From positions 1-53,626 of the IMG/VR virus record IMGVR_UViG_3300030117_006365: a stretch of 53,626 nucleotides of DNA; one strand, written 5' to 3'. Source of the DNA: a virus (taxonomy: Duplodnaviria > Caudoviricetes). Below the pieces are notes generated by a model, which worked only from the letters and a program-made list of their open reading frames with translations, was not told the DNA's origin and ran no database searches. The position numbers and the translations under genes are program-made. Shown piece by piece: positions 42,901 through 50,269 of this stretch (positions are counted from its first letter, which is position 1; the number at the start of each line of letters is the position of its first letter).

Positions 42901-45900
42901 TACCATCAGATCAAAGAGGTAAAAAGTTAGAATATGAACACATGGTTCCAACTAACTTAAAGATATTACAACTGGTAGACAGTTATGTTAACCAAAGAGG
43001 TGTTGTTGATGGATTTTGGGACGATTATACTGTCGCTGTTATACCTAAGACTATGGATAGAGTTTTAATAGATTCTGGTCTTAGAGATTTCATGCAACTA
43101 GGTTATCAACCTGGTATGGCCTCGTGGAAAAGATACTATAACAACCAAACCTTTGGTAAGAAAGGAATAGTACCAATTAAAAACATACAAACCGGAGAAA
43201 TAGTAGGACAAGAGTTTGTTAAAGCTAGTGATAAGTTTGTTGTCAATAAAAATGCTCAAACAGTTATACAAAATACTAGAGCTGAGGTTATGAAAAGTAA
43301 GTGGGGTTGGAAAAAGAAAAAACCAGAGATAAGAGGTATGTCTGCGTTTGACTTTGATGAAACACTTATTATAGATGGAGATAACTTTATAATGGCTAAC
43401 AACCCTGAGACTGGTGAGACAGAAAGAATAAGCTCTGAGGATTGGCCAACTAGAGGAACTGAATTAATGGATCAAGGTTGGGAGTTTGATTTTGATGATT
43501 TTATAAATGTAAGAGGAGGTGTTGAAGGTCCATTGTTTCAAAAGCTTTTAAATAGAATAGAAAAGTATGGACCAGAAAATAACTTTATATTAACAGCTAG
43601 ACCTCAAGAGTCCGCTATTGCTATACATGGTTGGTTAAAATCTAAAGGTGTTGAAATACCATTAGAAAATATAACTGGATTAGGTGATAGTAAAGGTGAT
43701 TCTAAAGCTGCTTGGATATTAGAGAAGTACAAAGAGGGTTACAACGATATGTATTTTGTTGATGACGCTTTGCCAAACGTGAAGGCTGTTAAGCATGTTA
43801 TGGATCAGTTAGATGTTAAGGGTAGTTCTGTTCAAGTTGGTGTAAGAAAAATTGGTGGTTTACTAGTTGATACCAATACACCTGAAGGTAAAAAGATTTG
43901 GGAAGAAATAAAAAACATACCAACTGTTAGATCTTCAACAACCAACTCTGTTAAGAAGTTTGGTCGATGGCTATTAGACACAGCAACACCTGAGGGCAAA
44001 GCTATACTAAAAGAATTTGAAAGCATACCAACAGTGAGCTCAAGTGAACCAGGTAGAGTTGTTAAAAGAGATAGTGACGCTATGAAAAGCAAATCTCTTA
44101 AAGAAAGAATTATTGACACTCAGTCTATAGATAAAGATTTTAACGACATGTTAGCTAGAACTTCTTTTGTTGGAGCTGACAGAGTTATATCAAAATCAGA
44201 AGCTCAACGTTTGGGTATAGGTAAAGGTAGATATGATTGGTTTGTTCCACCTTCAGCTGAGGATATGAAAGGTTTATTCTATAGGTTTTTAGGTAAAGGG
44301 GAACAGGGTAACGCTGATATGAAGTGGTACAGAGAGTTCTTGTCTGATCCATATGCTAAAGGAATAAAAGCTTGGACGAACTATGTTCAAGGTATGGCTA
44401 ATGATTATACGGCTCTTAGAAAAGCCATGCCAAATGCAGCTAAAGTGTTAAAACAAAACCTACCAAATTCTCCGTTTACAGGCGATGCTGCTATTAGAGT
44501 ATACCTGTGGAATAAAAATGGTATTGAAATACCAGGTTCCTCGCCCCAACAAGTTCAACAAATGGTTGAATTCGTAGAGGCTGATCCTGATTTAGTTGGT
44601 TTTGCTGAAGCCTTAAGTAGAGTTAGTAAGAGACCAGAGGGATATGTACAACCTACAGAAAATTGGGCTGTACAGAGTATAGCGTATGATTTAAAAGAAG
44701 CTGGTTATACTTTAGGCAGAAAAGATTTTTTACATGAGTGGGTTGAAAATAAAAACATTATTTTCTCAGATAAAAATTTAAATAAAATAGAGGCTATATA
44801 CGGTAAGCCAACTAGAACAGCTTTAGAAAACATGCTTCATAGAATGGAGACTGGTGTTAATAGACCTACCGGTAGAGATGGTGCTACTAATAGATTTTTA
44901 AACTGGATAAATGGTTCGGTTGGAGCAGTGATGTTCTTTAATATGAGATCTGCTTTACTACAAACTATATCTACAGTTAACTTTATAAACTGGGAGGATA
45001 ATAACATATTTAGAGCCGCTCAAGCTTTTGCTAATCAACCTCAATTCTGGAGTGATTTCGCGATGATATTTAATTCAGATATGCTTAAACAAAGAAGATC
45101 TGGATTACAAATAGATGTCAACGCTAATGAGCTATCTAATGCTTTTAGAGATGGAAGAAGTAAACCAGAAGCTGTTATTAGATGGTTGTTAGAAAAAGGT
45201 TTTATGCCTACTCAAATAGCTGATAGTTTTGCTATAGCTATGGGTGGTTCTAGTTTTTATAGAAACAGGTTGAATGATTATATAAGAGAGGGTGCTACAC
45301 CAGAGCAAGCGCAGAATCAGGCTTGGTTAGACTTCCAAGAGATAGCTGAAGAAACACAACAGTCTTCTAGACCTGATTTAATATCAGAACAACAAGCTGG
45401 TGTTTTAGGTAGATTAATACTTGCTTGGCAAAACACTCCAATGCAGATGACTAGGTTAACAAAGAAAGCTTTGTCCGATCTTGCTAACGGTAGAGGTAGT
45501 GCTAAAGCTAATATATCAAGAATAATGTATTATGGATTTATTCAAAATATTATATTTGGTATACTACAAAGTGGATTAGCGTTTATTGCTTTTGGTGATG
45601 AAGAGGAAGAAAAGAAAAAGAAAACAGAAAGAGTTTTAAATGGAGCGTTTGACACGTTATTAAGAGGTACTGGGGTTGGTGGTGCTGTTGTAGCAACATT
45701 AAAAAACACTATATTAAAATTCATAGAACAGAGAAAGAAAGGTTGGACGGGTGATCAAACATATACTATTATTGAAGCCATAAACTTATCACCTCCTCTT
45801 GGTAGTAAGTTTAGAAAAATATATAACGCTATACAAACTGACAAGTTTAATAAGGGTGTTAGTGAGAAGTTAAAATATAGAATTGAAAATCCATTTTTAA

Positions 45901-46451
45901 GTATAGTTGGTAATGTTGTTGAAGCATTAACTAACTTCCCAATGGCTAGATTAATAAACAAAGCTAATAACATAGAAGAAGCTATAACTGGTAATCACGA
46001 TCTTTGGCAAAGAATAGCAATGTTAGGTGGTTGGAATAGATGGACTGTTGGTGCTGAAGACGAAGAGCTAGAAGAAGCTAAACAAGAAGTTAAAGATGAA
46101 AAGGCTGAAAAAAAGAAAATAGAAAAAGAAATAAAAAAAGAGGAAGAGAAAAAGAAAAAAGAAGAAGAAAAGAAAGCTGAAGAAGAGAAAAAGAAAAAAG
46201 ATGGAATAAAACAAGTTAGATGCTCTGCTACCAAATCAAACGGTCAAAGATGTAACATGATGGTTGAGACTAAAAACAAAACAGCTAAGTGTGTGTATCA
46301 TAGAGATTTAACTGATGAGGAGAAAAAAGAAGGTACTGATAGGGATAACGATGGAATAAAGGAGTTTAGATGTACAGCAACAAAGAAAAATGGTCAACGT
46401 TGTAAAAATAGAACAGAGAATAAAAACAAGAAATGTTATGCTCATCAATAA
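36903..46451 (+). CDS. Giant multidomain (polyvalent) internal virion protein: zincin motif, HAD-like domain, C-terminal Cys/His repeats
   Basis: 3182 aa; HEFLH at 40221-40235; DFDET (43350), LTAR, K and VDD (43761) HAD motifs; two C-x9-C-x10/12-C-x2-H repeats at the C-terminus; Gly/Ala hydrophobic stretches. Confidence 0.75.
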   Translation: MSKKEYWVGDNLYTVDDEHEEEFLQNHENAKLKEEDTDDYTVGEDGQRYTVNKNDKEEFLEKYPEAKLLSGNQSSSTESATVGQSTQARKNQYDDSEFATEGILSESQLNLNSLSDHNIDFGPMPEITTDITGVSEEKAQKLLQDKWMEHGFTFEQKTVGLNRIEVTALNGEKEIFNLGGFKGTQEEEAKRMDAWMRERAQHQGDKLQTLLSHVNVTQDQTSTIRPTQDNAQDQINKLREAWELEGMSDEDVLEVYNKYMDNNRKFVQYDMDEGYGPGASQWVDDMHKKQDQLEKAGFNKSGRDFKKNIDNLNTLVEGRKDYRKQEALKKYEAQTGVSIDGMYDDDGITDKGIKILNSQEYKNIYNSLKVDKDKQQKHLDKYFLNSKTQDFLEANLKKEIEKFSNNPFVKSSTQKELLELAIDKKNAMSDKLTEKVNKFNVAHGDLENIYTELSDAAKWLNSIGNGEEKLEEIKAKHDLTTEEGVRAAQAELNLFQAQYQEKRDRFDFLQKKRGQYEKFANNIAKDLNSKDALTEGQITTVIDALNRNYQQGTVMSVQLMNATIDLAQGIGEAGDMILSIPKEIVKAIDNPAVDGYIQANPGVNSNTSNKEKENWWSELNASIDDWQKGTQLLIEKPTKFNEINSLSSFGEWVSGMAAGQVPILATMAVSGGASLYIMGASSAGSKWREMNDAKDEYNRTGGLYGTNHAWGTMFANSVFTGTAEALSERITLGQVNRMKGILGFGDVAKLGFEKTLRQSVFQTARLAATDRLTEGVSESVAQLSSNFADVVSGSKSYADIWEGIPESFVSGVIISQGLATPGLGKALSAPFRSADTNQRVGEMSKKINELTKRAGRFDIDSKERKAIEAEIAGLVDKSNSLIEQDIKRVNLLTDGEKKALINIEKQNYEARKKAEDIMLDKKLTDKEKKQQLADLQAKVDMRAKTKNDIIGKYEPNVVDANYEREMDWFKRQAELSNQRGDIKTKVREVSRDEFIDLNAKQEGEKSKAAVDDAIMQKQGEIEGLLNVLRSPRRKNQSVEQYNETKKDASRLLKQARSQESQMMSVLAQGNDYGMMIPKIKNGNLVGMDVVINRNAALTDGQLNTGAHEFLHAQFANTLKGDPGARSVLGQQMNKIINTGKMRFKNPSAKAEYANRISMYEKDKRGEEQFTILSEMMRDGKVSINEGTTQKFKDFFRRFSRNYNNRPIAFNETQDVLDFIKDFDYNIRKNKLSPAMAEMLQKGANGRMFEDVKDSKTRDQMKSFNRAVDLNRRQNPDLKREYDQFVQNSDGTRKYEDHKMFTDSPDYYGAYLNIVEGRALDGLIQHGMTERGLPPEALREFTRMAKEEVGRRFLENYDYDKNDSLFGWLTGVSGGAGMSIIYRAKGDVMVKYKKDNKAELTSIDKPVSDDGARLSDVIQDERDILLEEIDNQDLSLNRRREAKQAVRDLKVKEMLNFSDNARKAIILNIREMDIPLDGLTYKGVKDLLISVDKKATSEKKITPNGPLFPVLNAVATEFGVDPLRILAKQDLNGEQREAAQSYILDKTTNEDGSFNTDLLDMLPEGETRSGEATGIANTKLGQLYQTGARLKVAEGADKALGQKKAQIKRSNISKAEFLDIFGIEPNGKLRKGTKADGAIRALVVATAQIAANQDMRINALTNGTTNEAVAAKLGDGRSEVMLSKKIKAENLDVFQDRWAEAISGLDSINVHDWKSIKGHLVNVYGDVMENNELTGMAKDWAKWSQEFDELKLPDNFENVNHLDYYNRETYVISKTNEALLDTSILKMFAGNFVSPVKSVTELFNSRDRVNKARGSIVDFGNHAIENLKWKPEKLIRTLFTQYQGMYAGAYRIGDGRWTVKKGRVVAAPLPEGQTKHGTNRGQVFTGIEDFISTLSKINGFKNIKGKSRKQIGEMFNVDLKTFSETSDAAIKDQDYEGRLNQAKEAREAVQDLVDFYVDRIYNGEAQFEDLAMLTRMFGSNMKSPMKRAANLAYIAKGASSIPSDQRGKKLEYEHMVPTNLKILQLVDSYVNQRGVVDGFWDDYTVAVIPKTMDRVLIDSGLRDFMQLGYQPGMASWKRYYNNQTFGKKGIVPIKNIQTGEIVGQEFVKASDKFVVNKNAQTVIQNTRAEVMKSKWGWKKKKPEIRGMSAFDFDETLIIDGDNFIMANNPETGETERISSEDWPTRGTELMDQGWEFDFDDFINVRGGVEGPLFQKLLNRIEKYGPENNFILTARPQESAIAIHGWLKSKGVEIPLENITGLGDSKGDSKAAWILEKYKEGYNDMYFVDDALPNVKAVKHVMDQLDVKGSSVQVGVRKIGGLLVDTNTPEGKKIWEEIKNIPTVRSSTTNSVKKFGRWLLDTATPEGKAILKEFESIPTVSSSEPGRVVKRDSDAMKSKSLKERIIDTQSIDKDFNDMLARTSFVGADRVISKSEAQRLGIGKGRYDWFVPPSAEDMKGLFYRFLGKGEQGNADMKWYREFLSDPYAKGIKAWTNYVQGMANDYTALRKAMPNAAKVLKQNLPNSPFTGDAAIRVYLWNKNGIEIPGSSPQQVQQMVEFVEADPDLVGFAEALSRVSKRPEGYVQPTENWAVQSIAYDLKEAGYTLGRKDFLHEWVENKNIIFSDKNLNKIEAIYGKPTRTALENMLHRMETGVNRPTGRDGATNRFLNWINGSVGAVMFFNMRSALLQTISTVNFINWEDNNIFRAAQAFANQPQFWSDFAMIFNSDMLKQRRSGLQIDVNANELSNAFRDGRSKPEAVIRWLLEKGFMPTQIADSFAIAMGGSSFYRNRLNDYIREGATPEQAQNQAWLDFQEIAEETQQSSRPDLISEQQAGVLGRLILAWQNTPMQMTRLTKKALSDLANGRGSAKANISRIMYYGFIQNIIFGILQSGLAFIAFGDEEEEKKKKTERVLNGAFDTLLRGTGVGGAVVATLKNTILKFIEQRKKGWTGDQTYTIIEAINLSPPLGSKFRKIYNAIQTDKFNKGVSEKLKYRIENPFLSIVGNVVEALTNFPMARLINKANNIEEAITGNHDLWQRIAMLGGWNRWTVGAEDEELEEAKQEVKDEKAEKKKIEKEIKKEEEKKKKEEEKKAEEEKKKKDGIKQVRCSATKSNGQRCNMMVETKNKTAKCVYHRDLTDEEKKEGTDRDNDGIKEFRCTATKKNGQRCKNRTENKNKKCYAHQ

Positions 46452-46454
46452 ACG

Positions 46455-46472
46455 TGTAATAATAATAGTATA
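46455..46472 (+). promoter_or_regulatory. Copy of recurrent intergenic motif (candidate late promoter)
   Basis: TGTAATAATAATAGTATA immediately after the giant gene's stop codon. Confidence 0.35.
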
Positions 46473-46490
46473 ACAAAAAAGATTTAAAAT

Positions 46491-46670
46491 ATGATAAATT
46501 GGATAAATTCCTGGACATCAGGTAATAAGAAAGATAGATATGAACTAACATTTAGAATAAGTACACTAACTGTATTTGAACTAATGTTTTGTCCTTGTTG
46601 GAAGTGCAAGAATAAAGGTACTTGCCCAAGATTTAGATTTATGGTTTTAAACTTTGGGTTTGAAATATAA
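46491..46670 (+). CDS. Small Cys-cluster protein (59 aa, not in ORF track)
   Basis: Manual translation MINWINSWTSGNKKDRYELTFRISTLTVFELMFCPCWKCKNKGTCPRFRFMVLNFGFEI; A-rich start context. Confidence 0.7.
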   Translation: MINWINSWTSGNKKDRYELTFRISTLTVFELMFCPCWKCKNKGTCPRFRFMVLNFGFEI

Positions 46671-46738
46671 TGTGTCCTTGTCCGATATGTGTGACAGCAA
46701 TCGTTCTTGCGGCATGTAGTTATAAGTTGTTAAAATGA
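46670..46738 (+). CDS. Putative 22-aa micro-protein
   Basis: MCPCPICVTAIVLAACSYKLLK; start overlaps the upstream stop (TAATG) and stop overlaps the downstream start (ATGA). Confidence 0.5.
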   Translation: MCPCPICVTAIVLAACSYKLLK

Positions 46739-47172
46739 AATGGATAGGTAGAGAGTATTGGCATTATGACGTAAAGACTTACTATTGGGAGTCAAGTGAC
46801 ACAGATGCTGTTTGGATACCACTAGGTGGAGGAGTTGTAGAAGGGGAAACAACTAACCCTTCATTAACTTACGCTAAAGAATACTTTATGGCCCCATATG
46901 ATGGTAGTATTGTGTTGATAAATGTAGCAGCCGGTGGAAGCAGTACTGGTAACGTAGCTTTTACTTATCATAAAAATGCTAGCTCTGGAGCGGTGGGTAC
47001 AACCCATACAACTGGAAACTTTGGAGGCGCAGGTGGTGGTTCATTAAGTACCATTGGAGAAGTTAATGACTGGACATTTGAAAAATATGACAAAATATTT
47101 ATAAAAGCAAATCCAAGTGCAGTTAAGTTTTACTATAATTGTACGGTGGTATATAGATACATAATAACATAA
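46735..47172 (+). CDS. Hypothetical beta-sandwich-like structural protein (short fibre-tip-like)
   Basis: 145 aa; FMAPYDGSIVLI...FEKYDKIFI...CTVVYRY pattern, Gly-rich. Confidence 0.55.
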   Translation: MKWIGREYWHYDVKTYYWESSDTDAVWIPLGGGVVEGETTNPSLTYAKEYFMAPYDGSIVLINVAAGGSSTGNVAFTYHKNASSGAVGTTHTTGNFGGAGGGSLSTIGEVNDWTFEKYDKIFIKANPSAVKFYYNCTVVYRYIIT

Positions 47173-47173
47173 T

Positions 47174-47560
47174 ATGGCTTTAACAGGTAAAAAATATACT
47201 AGAGTATTCTCTACTGGTGGTAGTGACTCTGATAACGTATCAACTGATTTAAAAGATAAGTTTAAGGCAGATTTTGATAACAACGATTATCTTAATCTCC
47301 CAAACATGAATGCTACATTGTCTCCAGTTTTACATATACTACAACAACTAACAGAGGAGTTGGATTATCTCAGAACTGAGATATCTTCTAATAAAGACCA
47401 TAAGATAACTGTAGGTTCTAACACAACATTATCGTTTGGGGAGATGACAGAAACATTGGTTAAAGGTAAACCAGCTTACAGTATAGTATTAACAGTAACA
47501 AGAGATTTTGGTGGCAAAACTGGTGTGGTAACTAAAACATCAACTATAACACTAACATGA
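47174..47560 (+). CDS. Hypothetical protein with a short coiled coil
   Basis: 128 aa; LHILQQLTEELDYLRTEISSNK. Confidence 0.7.
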   Translation: MALTGKKYTRVFSTGGSDSDNVSTDLKDKFKADFDNNDYLNLPNMNATLSPVLHILQQLTEELDYLRTEISSNKDHKITVGSNTTLSFGEMTETLVKGKPAYSIVLTVTRDFGGKTGVVTKTSTITLT

Positions 47561-47561
47561 T

Positions 47562-47885
47562 ATGGCTATTTATAAAAACATAACATCAAACACTGAAACA
47601 CCTTTAATAGCTAAGATAACGTCAGCCGGGTCTATAGCTAAAGGAACTAAAGTGGCTAATCCTGGTTCTATAAAATCTATAGCTATAGCTAATTCTCACG
47701 CGACAACAAACACCTTGGTTAATTTATATTTATCAGAAGGTGTTACAGATTACCAAATAATACAAACTGTTATACCAGCACAAACAACTTTAATATTAGA
47801 TCACAACGTGGCCTTTGATGCTACTAAATATACACTTAATTTTAAAGCTAGTGCTACATGTGAGATAACCGTAATAATTAAATAA
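47562..47885 (+). CDS. Hypothetical small structural protein
   Basis: 107 aa, beta-rich; IKSIAIANSH...VNLYL...VIPAQTTLIL. Confidence 0.65.
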   Translation: MAIYKNITSNTETPLIAKITSAGSIAKGTKVANPGSIKSIAIANSHATTNTLVNLYLSEGVTDYQIIQTVIPAQTTLILDHNVAFDATKYTLNFKASATCEITVIIK

Positions 47886-48377
47886 ATGGAATTAGAAGTA
47901 ATTAGAATAAGTAGTGGCACTGATAGTACAAATGGTATATTATTAGAGACAATACAACAAGGTAATGAAATAGATGGAATTTTTAAACAAAAAAAATTTC
48001 TAGCATACACACTAGAAGATGAATATAGAAGTGAAAAAGTATTTGGGGAAACAAGGATACCGGATGGTAGGTATAGGCTGGGCCTTAGAAAGGTTGGCGG
48101 ATATCATGCGAAATATTCTAAGCGCTTTCCTCATATTCACGTTGGGATGCTCCACGTGCTTGACGTTCCTGGTTTTGAGTATATACTTATTCATTGTGGA
48201 AATACTGACGAACATACAGCGGGCTGCTTACTCGTCGGAGATTCCCAAGAAAACAATCAAATCACGAAGGACGGTTTTATAGGTAAATCCACTCAAGCAT
48301 ATAAAAGAATTTATCCACGGATAGCAGAAGCTATTGATTGTGGAGAGGAAGTAACAATAACATATAAAACAATATAA
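47886..48377 (+). CDS. DUF5675-type protein, candidate endolysin/peptidoglycan-acting enzyme
   Basis: YTLEDE...TRIPDGRY...DVPGFEYILIHCGNTDEHTAGCLLVG; His...Cys arrangement like L,D-transpeptidase-fold enzymes. Confidence 0.7.
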   Translation: MELEVIRISSGTDSTNGILLETIQQGNEIDGIFKQKKFLAYTLEDEYRSEKVFGETRIPDGRYRLGLRKVGGYHAKYSKRFPHIHVGMLHVLDVPGFEYILIHCGNTDEHTAGCLLVGDSQENNQITKDGFIGKSTQAYKRIYPRIAEAIDCGEEVTITYKTI

Positions 48378-48378
48378 T

Positions 48379-48732
48379 ATGAGTTTTAAGTTAAGTGATA
48401 AACAAATGCAAATGCTTATTGAAACACAAACAGCACCACCATCTACTGGTGATTTGTTTCTATGGGGGTATGTAGATCGTAAGGAGAAGAAAGCTAAAAA
48501 GAAAAAAGATAAAGCTGCTGATCTTAGACAGAGAGCTAACGAAGCTGAAGCCGCTGGGAGGTGGCGTAAAGCTCAAAGACTCAGAAAGAGAGCGGAAAGA
48601 AAATCTGCTAAAGGACAAAAAAAGCAAGACCAAGCTAGCAAGATGAAATCAAGACCAGATTATTGGTTGAGAAGAGGTGAGAGCGCTGGAGGAAGTGGTG
48701 GTGGATATGGAGATGATTTTACTAGTGTTTAA
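48379..48732 (+). CDS. Small, highly basic protein with MSFKL leader
   Basis: 117 aa; Lys/Arg/Ala-rich helical core. Confidence 0.65.
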   Translation: MSFKLSDKQMQMLIETQTAPPSTGDLFLWGYVDRKEKKAKKKKDKAADLRQRANEAEAAGRWRKAQRLRKRAERKSAKGQKKQDQASKMKSRPDYWLRRGESAGGSGGGYGDDFTSV

Positions 48733-48747
48733 AATAAATAATTAATT

Positions 48748-49029
48748 ATGAGATCAAGAAAACAAATGACACCTGGCATGAAGAAGTGTAAGGATAAATA
48801 TGGTTCACCGTACAAAGCTGCAGACGCTAACTTAGTTAAGGGGGCTTCTGAAGTTGCTCAAGGTAATATGAATGCGGCGGTTAATCAAAAGACAACAACG
48901 GAAAAACTAGCTGATATAGGGCAACAACAAGTTAATAAATACATGGGAGACGACGCTATCGATTTTGGTAGTTATGGTTACACGTCTAATCAACAGATAC
49001 AAGAAAACAACGAAGCTGCAAGCGTATGA
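48748..49029 (+). CDS. Small protein with RKQMTPG leader and SPYK motif
   Basis: 93 aa; leader matches ORF 51797; SPYKAADANLVKGA matches ORF 35454. Confidence 0.7.
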   Translation: MRSRKQMTPGMKKCKDKYGSPYKAADANLVKGASEVAQGNMNAAVNQKTTTEKLADIGQQQVNKYMGDDAIDFGSYGYTSNQQIQENNEAASV

Positions 49030-50075
49030 GACTTTTAATATTATTATTGTTTGTTTGCACTATAGGTAGTGCTCAAATAAAAGACTTCTTTAAATACTCA
49101 ACATTCTACACTTCCATGACAATGGGTACATCTTTCACTGAGGAAGAAGATTATGTTGCTATAGATAAAGGTTATGAAGATGTTACCTGGGTTAATCCAT
49201 ATGATTATAACTTAACAATCGGTTTGAGAAAAATTGCTCGTATGGATTATGAGTACAAGGTTAAAACGTGGTATTACGGAACTGAAGATGGAGTTAGTGA
49301 CAACGTTACTATTGGTAATGCTATTGGATGGGAATATCTTTTAAACTATTCTTTTATACGTGAGCGTGGGGAAAAGTTTAATAATCAAAATCTTTGGTTA
49401 AGATATTTGGGTAATAGCTGCGTAACAAAACTACAGTATACGGATAACCAAAGAGTTAATTTAAGATTTGGGTCATTTGATACTAGATTTAGATTAACAA
49501 AAGGTAATTGGGATTTCACTGTTGGTGCGGTAGCTAGAATACACCCTGTTTATGGGGTAACTCCAATAGATGATTTCTGGGTACCAGGAGAAAACACGTT
49601 CCAGGATTTAGCGGAAGACTTTGGTTATGCCGCAGAACCTTGGATGCAGGGATTTTATATCGACCAGAATTGGTACGATGTTAGTGGTGGAGATTCCGTA
49701 CTTATCGCTACCTCAAACGACGAGTTTTTCCACCACTATTTCGGAGACGCAGTTGCTAGGTTTAATGAGAGGGAATTAGAGAAGTTGGGATTACAAAGAG
49801 AATTAAGCGCTGTTATTGGTTTAGCTTACTACAAGTACACTCCTAAAATGTGGTTACACGTTTGGGCTAATTGCTTACCATTACACTATGGGTTAGATGA
49901 ATATTCATTTGAATACGGAAAAGAAAAATATGACAACATAGAATGGGATGCTGGTATTGTTTTTGGTTCTAGAATAACAAAATCTTTAGGAATGTTTGTA
50001 GAAGGAACTCACATGAAGTACTGGGAAAAACCAGTATATGAAGTGAAGTTTGGTTTTAACTATTTAATACTTTAA
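49026..50075 (+). CDS. Putative outer-membrane beta-barrel protein
   Basis: Signal peptide MRLLILLLFVCTIGSA|Q; alternating aromatic/hydrophobic strands; C-terminal YEVKFGFNYLIL resembling a beta-signal. Confidence 0.65.
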   Translation: MRLLILLLFVCTIGSAQIKDFFKYSTFYTSMTMGTSFTEEEDYVAIDKGYEDVTWVNPYDYNLTIGLRKIARMDYEYKVKTWYYGTEDGVSDNVTIGNAIGWEYLLNYSFIRERGEKFNNQNLWLRYLGNSCVTKLQYTDNQRVNLRFGSFDTRFRLTKGNWDFTVGAVARIHPVYGVTPIDDFWVPGENTFQDLAEDFGYAAEPWMQGFYIDQNWYDVSGGDSVLIATSNDEFFHHYFGDAVARFNERELEKLGLQRELSAVIGLAYYKYTPKMWLHVWANCLPLHYGLDEYSFEYGKEKYDNIEWDAGIVFGSRITKSLGMFVEGTHMKYWEKPVYEVKFGFNYLIL

Positions 50076-50077
50076 TT

Positions 50078-50269
50078 ATGGCGTTTAAAATGAAAAGACC
50101 TCCATATAAGGAACACTCTAAATTTGCTCCGTTTTCGGACGAACATAAATACGGTGGGGACGATGACACGGATGGGCCTTATGGCATGCATCCATCAGAC
50201 TGGAAGAGTCCAGAAAGAATAGAAAGAGAAAAAGCAGAAAAAGAAAATAAAAAAGAAGATAATGAATAA
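50078..50269 (+). CDS. Small protein with MAFKMK leader
   Basis: 63 aa; MAFKMKRPPYK; overlaps the next start. Confidence 0.65.
   Translation: MAFKMKRPPYKEHSKFAPFSDEHKYGGDDDTDGPYGMHPSDWKSPERIEREKAEKENKKEDNE

Noticed and set aside
36903-46451. Giant protein as a crAss-like virion RNA polymerase
   Set aside because: No convincing catalytic DxDxD motif was seen; RFDID and EFDFDD do not fit, and DFDET belongs to a HAD motif set. A profile search would be needed to exclude a very divergent polymerase.
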